The translations under genes and the position numbers were made by a program. A DNA stretch of 64,000 nt from Halarcobacter sp. (lineage in GTDB: Bacteria; Campylobacterota; Campylobacteria; Campylobacterales; Arcobacteraceae), in assembly GCA_963676565.1 (NCBI GenBank), contig OY781089.1:640001-704000 (forward strand), in the 5' to 3' direction. Under the pieces are notes generated by a model. It made no database searches and was not told where the DNA came from. It was given only the letters and a program-made list of their open reading frames with translations. Positions 29,551 through 39,849 of the stretch are shown in pieces. Position 1 is the first letter of the stretch. Each line of letters begins with the position of its first letter.

Positions 29551-30862
29551 CTTTTTCAATAAAGAGGGAGAAAACAGCTCCTTCTTTATCATTTTCTACT
29601 TCTATTTTCCCATTAAAACTATCTTTTATAATAATCTTTGTTAAATATAAACCAATTCCTGAACCATTCTCTTTAGTTGTAAAATATGGTTCAAAAATCT
29701 TATCCATAATTCTTTTTTTAATACCACCTGCATTATCCTTTACTTTGAGTATAACTTCAGCAGATGTTGAATCAACTTCAACTTTTATAATTGGTTTTTC
29801 TGTGTCTTTTAATGCATCATTTGCATTTGATATTAAAGCCAATAAAACTTGAGAAAGTTCATTTCTTATCCCAAACATTTTTATATCTTCACTTACTTTA
29901 AAATCAATAAGAAATTGAATATTCCTTTTTTTCAAATCTGCACTTAAAATTGTAGATACATTTTCAATTACTTCTTTAATACTAAAATACTCTTTTTTCT
30001 TAGAGGGTGCATAAAACTCTTTAAAATCGTCTATTGTTTTTGATAGAAAATTCAATTGACTATTTGCTTGATTTACTTTTTTTTCAAAATATTCACTATC
30101 TAGTTTTTTATTTTCATATTTTTTCTTTAGATTTATTAAAATATATGAAATATTGTTAAGTGGTTGCCTAAATTGGTGTGTGATATTTTCTATCATTTCA
30201 CCTGATTTAGCAAGTCTTGATTGTTGTAAAAGCATATTCTCAAAACTTTTGTTTTGTTTTTGTAGAGTATTGTATTTATAAGCAAGAGATAAAGTAAATA
30301 ATATTGCTTCAATAGCAAAAGCAACTAAAACTAAATCCATAAAACCTTGGTGCTCATAATAGGTTTTAAAATCAAAAACAAATACAATAAAACAAAAAAA
30401 CGACCAACCTATTACATAAACAAAATTGGCTTTAAACCCATCTCGTAAATTAAAAGCAACAGATATAAATAAAATGGCATAGATAATTGTATATGGAAGA
30501 TATTCAAAAAGTATATAATGATAAAAAGCAGTTAATATAATGATATTTAAAATGATGGTATTTATAACTAATTCTTTAAAGTTTTCTAATTTTGGAAAAA
30601 ATTTACCTTCATAAAATCCAATTGCAAAAACTAAAGAACTTAAAGTTGCAAATAGTAATGAGATTTGCTCTACATAATGGGGTATATTAAACAATTTACT
30701 AGTAGAGAATATAAAAATTAAAGAGAAAATCTGGGTTAAACAATAACTAATATAAAATAGCTCTTTAGAGTAGATATATCTAACAAAAGTGTAGACTATA
30801 GTCATTATAACTATTCCAAAAGTTATACCATAGGCTAAAACTATATTTAAATCAGACATCAA
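29543..30862 (-). CDS. Membrane sensor histidine kinase (7TM-type N-terminus)
   Basis: About seven TM helices; ITHQFRQPL H-box; DNAGG and GSGIGL motifs. Confidence 0.9.
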   Translation of the reverse strand: MMSDLNIVLAYGITFGIVIMTIVYTFVRYIYSKELFYISYCLTQIFSLIFIFSTSKLFNIPHYVEQISLLFATLSSLVFAIGFYEGKFFPKLENFKELVINTIILNIIILTAFYHYILFEYLPYTIIYAILFISVAFNLRDGFKANFVYVIGWSFFCFIVFVFDFKTYYEHQGFMDLVLVAFAIEAILFTLSLAYKYNTLQKQNKSFENMLLQQSRLAKSGEMIENITHQFRQPLNNISYILINLKKKYENKKLDSEYFEKKVNQANSQLNFLSKTIDDFKEFYAPSKKKEYFSIKEVIENVSTILSADLKKRNIQFLIDFKVSEDIKMFGIRNELSQVLLALISNANDALKDTEKPIIKVEVDSTSAEVILKVKDNAGGIKKRIMDKIFEPYFTTKENGSGIGLYLTKIIIKDSFNGKIEVENDKEGAVFSLFIEKAI

Positions 30863-31532
30863 TTTTATACCCAGATCCCGAAAGATTTTGAATTATATCT
30901 TTTGGTATCTTTGTTTTTAAATTTTTCATTAAAGTTTTTAATGCATCTTTTGTCATTACGGAGTCTTTCCATACAAAGTTTTCAATTTCTTCATATGTAA
31001 CATATCTATTTTTATTAGATAAAAGTAAAAATAACAGTTCTAGTTCTTTTGCTCTTAATTTTACAAGTTCACCGTTTTTTACTAAGGTTTTGTTATATAA
31101 ATCAAAAGTAAAATTCTCAGGTAGATGAATAATGTTTGAATCATCATTTTCAATATATTTTATACATAGATTTAAAGCTTCATCAAACTCTTTTTCTTTT
31201 ATGGGTTTGATTAAATATTTTACTAAACCTAATTCGATGGCTGAAAAAAGATAATCTTTATTAGAATAAGCACTTAATACAATAACTTGAGTTTTTTTAT
31301 CTTTTTTTCTTATATTTTTTATAAACTCTAAACCATTTAATTTTGGCATTTGTATATCTGTAATTATAATTTCTGGTTTAATCTCATCATATAGTTTTAA
31401 AGCTGTTAATGCGTTTGATGCTTCATATAAGTTTTCAAAATAGTTTTCTAAGTACTCTAAACCATTTTCTCTTGCAATATCATCATCTTCAACATATAAA
31501 ACTTTTATTCTTTTATTAATCTCATTTTGCAT
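30852..31532 (-). CDS. OmpR-family response regulator
   Basis: VEDD, ITDIQMP and KP receiver motifs plus winged helix. Confidence 0.92.
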   Translation of the reverse strand: MQNEINKRIKVLYVEDDDIARENGLEYLENYFENLYEASNALTALKLYDEIKPEIIITDIQMPKLNGLEFIKNIRKKDKKTQVIVLSAYSNKDYLFSAIELGLVKYLIKPIKEKEFDEALNLCIKYIENDDSNIIHLPENFTFDLYNKTLVKNGELVKLRAKELELLFLLLSNKNRYVTYEEIENFVWKDSVMTKDALKTLMKNLKTKIPKDIIQNLSGSGYKIDV

Positions 31533-31581
31533 ATGATATTATATCTTTTATGTTAAAATTCTCCCTTATTAAGGAAATTTC

Positions 31582-32124
31582 ATGAGACCATATAAACAAA
31601 CTGTAAAGAAAAATATTTTAGCAACATCTACCATTAAAACACCCCTAGGAGATATGTTTTGTGCCGCTACTTCTAAAGGTGTTTGTTTATTAAGTTTTTT
31701 TAACTCTAAACATCTAGAAAAACAAATTGAAAAGATTCAAAAGTTTTTTGATGCCCAAGTAATACCAGCACACAATAAATATTTTGAATGCTTACAAAAA
31801 GAGTTAGATGAGTATTTTGAGGGAAAAAGAAAAGAGTTTACAGTCCCTTTGCAATTAGTAGGTACACCTTTTCAACAAGATGTGTGGAAAGTTTTACAAC
31901 TAATACCCTATGGTGAAAAAATATCTTATAAAGATGAAGCCTTGCTTCTAAAAAAACCAAATGCTTCTAGAGCAGTTGCCAATGCAAATGGTCAAAATAT
32001 GATTTCTATTTTAATCCCATGCCATAGAATAATACAAAAAAATGGAACTTTAGGTGGTTACTCAAGTGGTATTGATAAAAAAGAGTTTTTGTTAAATCTA
32101 GAAGAAAAGAATTTTAGAGTATAA
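31582..32124 (+). CDS. ogt: Methylated-DNA--protein-cysteine methyltransferase
   Basis: GTPFQQ.VW, RAVANA and IPCHR active site. Confidence 0.93.
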   Translation: MRPYKQTVKKNILATSTIKTPLGDMFCAATSKGVCLLSFFNSKHLEKQIEKIQKFFDAQVIPAHNKYFECLQKELDEYFEGKRKEFTVPLQLVGTPFQQDVWKVLQLIPYGEKISYKDEALLLKKPNASRAVANANGQNMISILIPCHRIIQKNGTLGGYSSGIDKKEFLLNLEEKNFRV

Positions 32125-32154
32125 TAATGGTTATTGTTATACAAAAAGAGATGC

Positions 32155-33567
32155 ATGATTGATAAAACTATATTCAGACAATATGATATTAGAGGACTTG
32201 TCCCAACACAATTAGATTTTGAAAAAGCAAAATTGATTGGATATTTTCTAGGTGTTAAACTTAAACAAGAGATAAGTGAAGATTTATATATAGTTGTTGG
32301 GTATGATATTAGAACCCACTCTAAAGAGCTTTTTAATGGTTTAATTTCTGGATTAAATAAAGCATCTTGCAATATTCTAGATATAGGACTTGTTGCAACG
32401 GGTGTTAACTATTTTGCTTCATATCAAGAGTATGAAATAGATGGTGAAAAAATCAAGCCCCATGCTTCAATTATGATAACAGGTAGTCATAATGACAAAA
32501 AATATAATGGTTTTAAAATTACCTTTAAAAATGAACCTTTTTTTGATAAACAACTACTTGATCTTTATGAAGAGATAAATAAAAATAAAGATATTAAAAT
32601 AGAAGATAATTTTAAAACTATAAAAATAGATGCAAAATCTTTATATATTGATTTTATGGTAAATGAATTTAAACACCTAAAATCACTTCCTACTTCCTTT
32701 GCAATAGATTGTGGAAATGGGGTAGCTGATACTGTTATAACTAAAATCTTTGATAAATTAGACTTAAATTATAAAGCTATTTATACTAAGCCAAATGGAG
32801 AGTTTCCAAATCATCATCCTGACCCTTCAAAAAATGAAAACTTAGTTGATTTAAAGTCTTTACTAATAGATTCAAATCTTGGTTTTGCCTTTGATGGAGA
32901 TGCAGATAGAATAGCTGTATTAACTAAAAATCATCATATAAAAGGGGATACTTTAGCGTATCTTTTTTCAAAAACTATGAAAAATCCAGTAATTATTGGG
33001 GAAGTTACCTATTCCCAAAATATCTTTGATGAGATAAACACTCATGGTACAACTATTATGAATAAAACTGGTTATTCAAATCTAAGACTTAAACTAAAAG
33101 AGTTAAATGCAGATTTAGCAGCTGAAGTCTCAGGGCACATTTTTTTTAATGATAGGTATTATGGTTTTGATGATGCTATATACGCATCTTTGAGAGTTTT
33201 AGAATTGATTTATTTAGGGTTTAACTTAGATAAAGAGGTGGAAAAATTACCAAAAGTGTATACAAGTTCAAATATAGAAATTGAGGTTAAGGATGAAGAA
33301 AAATCTTTAATAATAGATAAACTTAACAAATTGATTACAAATCCTCAAAGGGGATTTCCTATTATAAATGATATAATTTGCGTTGATGGCATAAGAATCA
33401 TTTTTGAATATGGCTGGGCATTGATTAGAGCATCAAATACAAATCCTGTAATTGTTACAAAATATGAAGCAAGTTCCCATGCAACAGCACTTACGTATCA
33501 AAATGCAGTAGAAAATTTGATAAAAAAGGTATTGAATGAAATTAATAGCACTTCAAACAAAAACTAA
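32155..33567 (+). CDS. Phosphomannomutase/phosphoglucomutase
   Basis: IFRQYDIRG, TGSHN, FDGDADR, AEVSGH and IRASNT motifs. Confidence 0.92.
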   Translation: MIDKTIFRQYDIRGLVPTQLDFEKAKLIGYFLGVKLKQEISEDLYIVVGYDIRTHSKELFNGLISGLNKASCNILDIGLVATGVNYFASYQEYEIDGEKIKPHASIMITGSHNDKKYNGFKITFKNEPFFDKQLLDLYEEINKNKDIKIEDNFKTIKIDAKSLYIDFMVNEFKHLKSLPTSFAIDCGNGVADTVITKIFDKLDLNYKAIYTKPNGEFPNHHPDPSKNENLVDLKSLLIDSNLGFAFDGDADRIAVLTKNHHIKGDTLAYLFSKTMKNPVIIGEVTYSQNIFDEINTHGTTIMNKTGYSNLRLKLKELNADLAAEVSGHIFFNDRYYGFDDAIYASLRVLELIYLGFNLDKEVEKLPKVYTSSNIEIEVKDEEKSLIIDKLNKLITNPQRGFPIINDIICVDGIRIIFEYGWALIRASNTNPVIVTKYEASSHATALTYQNAVENLIKKVLNEINSTSNKN

Positions 33568-34258
33568 AAAAAATTTTAAAAAAAATCTTGATAACTTATT
33601 AGAACTTATTAACAAATGTGAAGAGGGTTCTTTTATTTTAGCCCCTGAAGTTTGTTTAACTGGCTTTTCATATGATAGGATGGATGAAGCTTCAGAGTTT
33701 ACAAATAAAGCAAAGAAAAAGATAAAAAAGCTTTCATGCAATAAAACAATAGCTATGACTTTTATTGAAAAAGAGGATATTGAATTTTACAACACCTTGT
33801 ATATTTTTCATAAGGGGAAAGTTGTACATAGACAAGCAAAACATAGATTATTCCCCCTTGGTGATGAACCTTCACACTTTGCAAAGGGTAAATTAGAAAA
33901 TATGGAAATCATTGAGATTGATGGAATTAAGATTGCTGCATTAATCTGTTTTGAGATTAGATTTCCTGAATATTGGTTAAAGGTTTTAGGCGCAGATTTG
34001 ATTTTAAATCCTTCAATGTGGGGACTAAAAAGAAAAAATCACTTTGAAACAATGACTAAAGCCTTAGCTGTAGCAAATCAATGTTATGTATTAACTGCAA
34101 ATAGTGCAGATGACAATATGGCAAAAGGAAGTGGAATAATCTCTCCATGGGGAGATGAAATTAGAGATGATTCCCAAGAACTTATAAGTGGAGATTTAGA
34201 TTTAGAAGAGATAAGTAAGGTTAGAAAATATATTGATATAGGATTAAAAAACAAATGA
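33536..34258 (+). CDS. Carbon-nitrogen hydrolase (nitrilase superfamily)
   Basis: Glu-Lys-Cys triad contexts: APEV, AKHRLF, ICFEIRFPE. Confidence 0.9.
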   Translation: MKLIALQTKTKKNFKKNLDNLLELINKCEEGSFILAPEVCLTGFSYDRMDEASEFTNKAKKKIKKLSCNKTIAMTFIEKEDIEFYNTLYIFHKGKVVHRQAKHRLFPLGDEPSHFAKGKLENMEIIEIDGIKIAALICFEIRFPEYWLKVLGADLILNPSMWGLKRKNHFETMTKALAVANQCYVLTANSADDNMAKGSGIISPWGDEIRDDSQELISGDLDLEEISKVRKYIDIGLKNK

Positions 34259-34701
34259 AATCGGTACTTTTTGTATGTTTAGGTAATATTTGTAGGTCAC
34301 CATTAGCCCAAGGTATAGCAAATGAGTATTGTAATCAAAACAATATTGAATTGATATGTGAAAGTGCAGGAACTGGAAGCTGGCATATTGGTGAACCTCC
34401 GTGTGAAAACTCTATTAAAATTGCAAGAGATAATGGCATTGATATTTCTACTCAAAGGGCTAGACAAGTAAAAGTAGAAGATTTTGAAAAGTATGACATT
34501 ATTGTAGGATTAGATGATTCTAATATTAAAAATCTAAAAAAATTAGGTTGTAAAAATCCTCTTAAATTAGGTGATTTTGGTTTTGATGGAGAGGATGTAC
34601 CAGACCCTTATTTTTTTGATGGCTTTGAAGGGTTTGATAAAGTTTATAATATGATAGAAGTTTGTGTGAAAACTTTAATTAGGCAAAAGGTTATACAATA
34701 G
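34255..34701 (+). CDS. Low-molecular-weight protein-tyrosine phosphatase
   Basis: VCLGNICRS P-loop and DPY motif. Confidence 0.94.
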   Translation: MKSVLFVCLGNICRSPLAQGIANEYCNQNNIELICESAGTGSWHIGEPPCENSIKIARDNGIDISTQRARQVKVEDFEKYDIIVGLDDSNIKNLKKLGCKNPLKLGDFGFDGEDVPDPYFFDGFEGFDKVYNMIEVCVKTLIRQKVIQ

Positions 34702-35092
34702 TTGATAAGCCTTTTGCTTGCTCTACCCAGTTTTGTTCTTTAATTTGGTCATCTTCTAAAGTTAAATACTCTTCAATCCAATGGCAGTTTTTAGGACTCC
34801 ATTTAGCAATTTGGTCAAAATGATAAATTCCTAATTCATTTAGTTTTTCTTCCAATTCAGCATCAATACCTTCAATATTTTTTAATATATCTTTTCCATT
34901 TGGTCTTGGGGCACTTCTAATTAGTGGTTTATTATAGATATTACCAGCTGCTGCACCACCATGGGCCGTTACAGTATTGTAAACAGGAGTTCTATCTCCT
35001 GCAAATGCTTTTCCTATTATAAATCCAATTAGGATACCAATTATCGCTGCAATTACTAAACATAAAATCATCTGAGATGCTATTTCTATCAC
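34691..35092 (-). CDS. Membrane-anchored protein with C-terminal helix-hairpin-helix-like domain
   Basis: N-terminal TM; LKNIEGID..LEEKLNELGIYHFDQIAKW segment. Confidence 0.7.
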   Translation of the reverse strand: MIEIASQMILCLVIAAIIGILIGFIIGKAFAGDRTPVYNTVTAHGGAAAGNIYNKPLIRSAPRPNGKDILKNIEGIDAELEEKLNELGIYHFDQIAKWSPKNCHWIEEYLTLEDDQIKEQNWVEQAKGLSTIV

Positions 35093-35095
35093 TTT

Positions 35096-35887
35096 TTATT
35101 CCTCTACAATATTAAATTCAACTCTTCTGTTTTCAGGAGAATAAACATTTTTCGCATTTTTTGGGATACCTTCACCATATCCTCTAGCCTTAATTCTATT
35201 TTCATCAATTCCAAGGTTTTCCATAACTTTTACAACTGTTTTCGCTCTTTCAAGGGAAAATATTAAGTTCACATCTTTTGAACCTGCTGCATCAGTATGC
35301 CCTGCAATTTCTAATTTTATATTTGGATTTTCTTCTAAAATTCTAACAATCTCTTTTATTGAGTTAACACTTTTATTATTTGCAATTGTATATTTACCTC
35401 TTTTAAATGAGATTGGGTTGTTATCTATATATTCATTTATTTGAAGTTGAAGTTCCTGTGTTGGAAAAGATAAATCTTCAATTCTTTTTTCATTACCCTC
35501 TCTAATATAATCTTTTGGTGTTTTGATTAAAGGTTCTTTCGGTTCTTCAATAATCTCTTCAACAATCTTTTCTTTTAAAGTAGGGTCTTCTTTTACTACC
35601 TCTTGAGTTTCAACAGTAGTATCTTCTACTGTAGGAGTATCTTCTTTTGTTGTTTCATTAGGTTCAACTAAAGTTTCATTCTGTTGAATTGTAGGTTCTT
35701 CTAAATCTTTAGTCTCTTCATTTACTGAAGTTTGTTCTTGTGTATTATCTAAAATTACTTCTTGTTTAGGTTCAACTTGAAGCTCTTGCTGTTTTCTCAT
35801 CATTTCAGGCAGATGATAATAAACACAGCCAACAATAAAGGCAATTAACAGTAAAAATAGAATTATTACTTTTCTTTCTGAACTCAT
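35096..35887 (-). CDS. OmpA/MotB-family peptidoglycan-binding protein with N-terminal anchor and acidic linker
   Basis: IAGHTD, SLERA, GYGE and NRRVEF motifs. Confidence 0.9.
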   Translation of the reverse strand: MSSERKVIILFLLLIAFIVGCVYYHLPEMMRKQQELQVEPKQEVILDNTQEQTSVNEETKDLEEPTIQQNETLVEPNETTKEDTPTVEDTTVETQEVVKEDPTLKEKIVEEIIEEPKEPLIKTPKDYIREGNEKRIEDLSFPTQELQLQINEYIDNNPISFKRGKYTIANNKSVNSIKEIVRILEENPNIKLEIAGHTDAAGSKDVNLIFSLERAKTVVKVMENLGIDENRIKARGYGEGIPKNAKNVYSPENRRVEFNIVEE

Positions 35888-36048
35888 TTTTAATCTTTAT
35901 TTTATTTTTGTATAACATTCTATCTTATTGTTAATCAAAATACTTTAAAACAAGCCCTAAAATAAGAATTTTATTTAACAAAAAATTCTAAGTTTAATTT
36001 GTTTGCATTTAAATATAATCTAAAAATGCATTAAAAGGAGCAATATAT

Positions 36049-36363
36049 ATGAATAAAATTTTCACATTATTTTTTTTTATATCATTATGTTCATATCTAT
36101 TTGCAAATGATATAGATGATGTTTTCAAAAGATGTGTTGCCTGTCATGGTATAAAAGGGGAAGTTCCCGCATTAGGTAGAAGTATTCTAATCTCAGAATT
36201 ATCAAAAGAAGAGTTTATAACATCACTAAAAGAGTATAAAAATAGCAATAAAAATATAAGTGGTTTAGGTGGTATTATGCAAGCGCAAGTTTATAACCTA
36301 GATGAAAAGGATTTTAAAGATTTAGCCCAAATGTTTAATTTGTTAAATAAAAAGGAGAAATGA
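36049..36363 (+). CDS. Monoheme c-type cytochrome (c553-like)
   Basis: Signal peptide, CVACH and GGIM. Confidence 0.87.
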   Translation: MNKIFTLFFFISLCSYLFANDIDDVFKRCVACHGIKGEVPALGRSILISELSKEEFITSLKEYKNSNKNISGLGGIMQAQVYNLDEKDFKDLAQMFNLLNKKEK

Positions 36364-36845
36364 TGAAATCTATAGTTCTATTTTTTTGTTTTGTTGGTTC
36401 TTTATTTGCTTTACCTGATGAATTTGATAGAGAATTATACAATGAAGGGGAAAAGATATTTGAAGCCAAGTGTAATAGCTGTCATCAAAAATCTATAAAT
36501 ATGCAATCACTTTTAAAAAACTTTTTAGAAGAGGATAACAAAACCCTAAAACTTTTAGCTCCAACGGGGAATCAAATTTCATATCGTCTGAAATCTCAAG
36601 TAGGTAGTCCTGATGATAGGGAGTTCCATTTGATGGAAACTGCTGATTTTTTAGTTAATTATGTAAATAATCCTGATAAATCAAAATCAATTTGTCTTGA
36701 GGGTGTTGTTAAACACTTTGATACGATGCCAAGCTTAAAAGGTCAAATTAGTGAAGATGAAATTAGAACTGTGAATCATTTTCTTTATTTTTTAGAAGGG
36801 TTTAATGGAGTAAATAAATACTACCACAAAGAGGATGAGTTTTAA
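36360..36845 (+). CDS. Monoheme c-type cytochrome
   Basis: Signal peptide, CNSCH and distal MP. Confidence 0.83.
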   Translation: MMKSIVLFFCFVGSLFALPDEFDRELYNEGEKIFEAKCNSCHQKSINMQSLLKNFLEEDNKTLKLLAPTGNQISYRLKSQVGSPDDREFHLMETADFLVNYVNNPDKSKSICLEGVVKHFDTMPSLKGQISEDEIRTVNHFLYFLEGFNGVNKYYHKEDEF

Positions 36846-36856
36846 ACTCAACCTCC

Positions 36857-37471
36857 TTATGCTTTTGCAATAAGTACTCCACCTGCAGTCATCATAACAG
36901 AACCTGCCGCTACATTCATTCTTTTTTTAGCTTTTTTACTTTTAAACAATTTTTTTGCTCCACTTGCACTATAGGCATAACTTAATAATACTATTGCAAT
37001 TACTGTTATTGTAATTATTGTAATTAAAACAATATCAATAGCTACCAAAGTTTGTAGATTAACAAAGGTTGGTAGAAAACCTAAATAAAAAAGTATAACT
37101 TTTGGATTAGACAAAGTTATTAAAAGTCCTGTTAAAAAGTTTTTCTTCCATGATAATTCTATAATACCGCTAACATCTATTTTTTCATCTTTTGAAGTTA
37201 GAATCTTATATCCTAAATAGATAAGATATGCTCCCCCAATAAGTTTAACAAAAATAAAAAAATCACCTAATACTAAAGCAATTGACTTAAGTCCAAAAAT
37301 TGCTAACAATAAAAAGATTACATCTCCAAGTATAATACCTAATACTACAAAAGCTGCATTATTAAAACCTGAAGCCAAACCTCTTGAAATTGTTGCAAAC
37401 ACTCCAGGTCCAGGAGTGATTGCTAATAAAAACATCGCACCAGCAAATGCTAGCATAGTGTAAAATGTCAT
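36857..37471 (-). CDS. LysE/RhtB-family exporter
   Basis: ITPGPG and LSNPKVILFY..FLP motifs; start set at ATG 37471 after AAGGAGG. Confidence 0.92.
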   Translation of the reverse strand: MTFYTMLAFAGAMFLLAITPGPGVFATISRGLASGFNNAAFVVLGIILGDVIFLLLAIFGLKSIALVLGDFFIFVKLIGGAYLIYLGYKILTSKDEKIDVSGIIELSWKKNFLTGLLITLSNPKVILFYLGFLPTFVNLQTLVAIDIVLITIITITVIAIVLLSYAYSASGAKKLFKSKKAKKRMNVAAGSVMMTAGGVLIAKA

Positions 37472-37579
37472 TATTTCCTCCTTATTTAATTTAAACTTAA
37501 TTATAGGTCTTTCAAGCAGTTTTATCAATCATCTATGTAATAAAATATAAACAAATTTTGTATTATTTTCAAAAAAAAC

Positions 37580-37608
37580 TTGACAATAGTTTGATATCAA
37601 ACTATAAT
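37580..37608 (+). promoter_or_regulatory. Consensus sigma70 promoter with a 20-bp palindromic operator in the spacer
   Basis: TTGACA (37580) - 17 bp - TATAAT (37603); ATAGTTTGATATCAAACTAT at 37586-37605. Confidence 0.8.
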
Positions 37609-37620
37609 TCTTTTATCTAT

Positions 37621-37640
37621 TTGGTTTGACATCAAACTAA
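37621..37640. promoter_or_regulatory. Second copy of the operator palindrome
   Basis: TTGGTTTGACATCAAACTAA, core GTTTGA-CA-TCAAAC. Confidence 0.7.
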
Positions 37641-37664
37641 ATAAAAAAATAAAAGGGGATTAAA

Positions 37665-38522
37665 ATGAAATTTTTTAATAGAAAAACAGTTATGTCATTA
37701 TTTCTTATCACTTCTGTTTTTTCAGGATGTGCAATTTCTCAACAAATAGATGAGGGAAATATGATTACAAATAAACAAAAAGTTGTAGAGTTACTTAACT
37801 CTATAGAAAATGGAAATACAAAGCCAGCTAGGTACATAAACCCTAATAAATATATACAGCATAACTTATCTGCTAAAGATGGGATTTCAGGATTTGGAGA
37901 AGTTTTATCTAAACTTCCTAAAGATAGTGCAAAAGTTGAGGTAAAAAGGGTGTTTGAAGATGGTGATTTTGTATTTACACATACAAAATACAATTTTTTT
38001 GGTCCAAAAGTTGGTTTTGATATCTTTAGATTTGAAGATGGAAAAATTGTAGAACATTGGGATAACTTACAAGAAATTGTAGAAAAAACTGCAAGTGGCA
38101 GAAGCCAGATTGATGGAGAAACTAATATTATTGATTTAGATAAAACTGGAGAAAATATACAGTTAGTCAAAAATTTTGTTCAAGATATATTACTTGGCAA
38201 AAATCCTAATAAAATCACAGAATATATTTCATCTAAAAAATATATACAACACAATCCATTTATAAAAGATGGTCTTAAGGGCTTAAATGAAGCAATTACG
38301 TATTTAATTAGTCAAAATGATATGTTTATTTATAAAAAAGTTCATAAGGTACTTGGGGAAGGTAATTTTGTTTTAACTGTAAGTGAAGGTTCTTGGCATG
38401 GAAAAGCACACTCTTTTTATGATCTATTTAGAGTTGAAAATGGAAAAATTGTGGAGCATTGGGATACAATCGAAGAGATTCCTCCACGAAAAAAATGGTT
38501 AAATGATAATGGTAAGTTTTGA
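37665..38522 (+). CDS. Lipoprotein with tandem SnoaL/NTF2-like domains
   Basis: Lipobox FSGC; two YIQHN...DxFR.E.GKIVEHWD repeats. Confidence 0.88.
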   Translation: MKFFNRKTVMSLFLITSVFSGCAISQQIDEGNMITNKQKVVELLNSIENGNTKPARYINPNKYIQHNLSAKDGISGFGEVLSKLPKDSAKVEVKRVFEDGDFVFTHTKYNFFGPKVGFDIFRFEDGKIVEHWDNLQEIVEKTASGRSQIDGETNIIDLDKTGENIQLVKNFVQDILLGKNPNKITEYISSKKYIQHNPFIKDGLKGLNEAITYLISQNDMFIYKKVHKVLGEGNFVLTVSEGSWHGKAHSFYDLFRVENGKIVEHWDTIEEIPPRKKWLNDNGKF

Positions 38523-38587
38523 TAAAATTTCACAGTTTTAAAGAAATTATAGTTATTATTTTAAAAAAATAGTAGGATATAAAACTA

Positions 38588-39028
38588 ATGATTAAAATAA
38601 ATTCGATTATTTCAACAATAGCAACCATTGATAATAGTGCAAATAAGCTTATTGTTGATGAATTAAAAAAACATAATCTTAATGGTTTAGCACCCTCTCA
38701 TGGAAGTATTCTTGTAGTTCTTTATGCTAATGAAGAGGGTGTTCCTATGAGTAAAATCACTCAAGAGATAAATAAAGATAAGTCAACAGTTACTGCCCTT
38801 GTTAATAAGCTAGAAAAGATGGAACTTCTTGAAAAGTTAAAAAATGCAGATGATAGTAGAAGTACTTTAGTAAGGCTTACAAAAAAAGGTCTTGATACAA
38901 AATATATAGTTATGGATGTGATTTCTAAGAAACTTTTGGATTTGACATATAAAGGTTTTACAGAAGATGAAAAAGAACTTGTATGTAATCTTTTAGAAAG
39001 AATTAAAAACAATTTTTTAGAAAAATAG
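38588..39028 (+). CDS. MarR-family regulator
   Basis: DKSTVT.LV.KLE...D.RS..V.LT.KG winged helix. Confidence 0.9.
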   Translation: MIKINSIISTIATIDNSANKLIVDELKKHNLNGLAPSHGSILVVLYANEEGVPMSKITQEINKDKSTVTALVNKLEKMELLEKLKNADDSRSTLVRLTKKGLDTKYIVMDVISKKLLDLTYKGFTEDEKELVCNLLERIKNNFLEK

Positions 39029-39042
39029 TTTTTTGTAAATAT

Positions 39043-39780
39043 TTAAATTGTCTGAATAAAAAGGGCAATTGCTATTAAAAAAAGTACACCTTTAACCATT
39101 TTTGCATAAGCGGTTGGGTTGATTTTATTTCTGATTTTAATACCAACGAATATTGCTATTGAAATAAAAACTAAAGGGATAAAAGAGTGCGATATTTCTG
39201 TTTGTGTAAAAATACCTGCACTAGTAAAAAGAATAATTTGAACTATTTTACCAAATAAAAAACAGATATTAAAAGATTGGACAATCTCTTTTTTTGTAAA
39301 CTTTGATTCTAAAACATATATGATTAATGTAGCTGACATTACATTTGTAAGACCTCCAATTATCCCTGAGCCAATTCCAAATATAGTTTTAGATAGATTT
39401 GGATTTTCTCTAATAAATGGAAACTCTACTTTTCTGTAATCGAAAAACAAATATAAAAAAATAGCAAATACAAGAATAAACTTGAATAAATCAGTGTTAA
39501 AATAAATTATGATTTGAGTACCTATTGCACTACCAATCATTGCTAATATAGCTAAAGGATAAAATTTTTTTACAGCTTCAAAGAAGTTTCCTTCACTTCT
39601 AATACTAAGTATATTTACAAGTAATGTTGGAATAAGTGTATAGATAATAGCAGTTTGTAAGTCTGTAAACATTGCTATAAGTGGTGTTGCAATCATAGGG
39701 AAGCCAAATCCTACACTTCCATGTACAAAGGCTGCAGTAGTTAAAAAAACAGTGATATAAATTAAAATCTCAAATTCCAT
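39043..39780 (-). CDS. TauE/SafE (TSUP) family exporter
   Basis: VHGSVGFGFPMIATP motif, about eight TM segments. Confidence 0.85.
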   Translation of the reverse strand: MEFEILIYITVFLTTAAFVHGSVGFGFPMIATPLIAMFTDLQTAIIYTLIPTLLVNILSIRSEGNFFEAVKKFYPLAILAMIGSAIGTQIIIYFNTDLFKFILVFAIFLYLFFDYRKVEFPFIRENPNLSKTIFGIGSGIIGGLTNVMSATLIIYVLESKFTKKEIVQSFNICFLFGKIVQIILFTSAGIFTQTEISHSFIPLVFISIAIFVGIKIRNKINPTAYAKMVKGVLFLIAIALFIQTI

Positions 39781-39849
39781 TCAAAATTATATCTTTTTAG
39801 TTCTTCACAAGAGTATTTTTGTAATATTACTTATAAAAAAGGATTTAAA

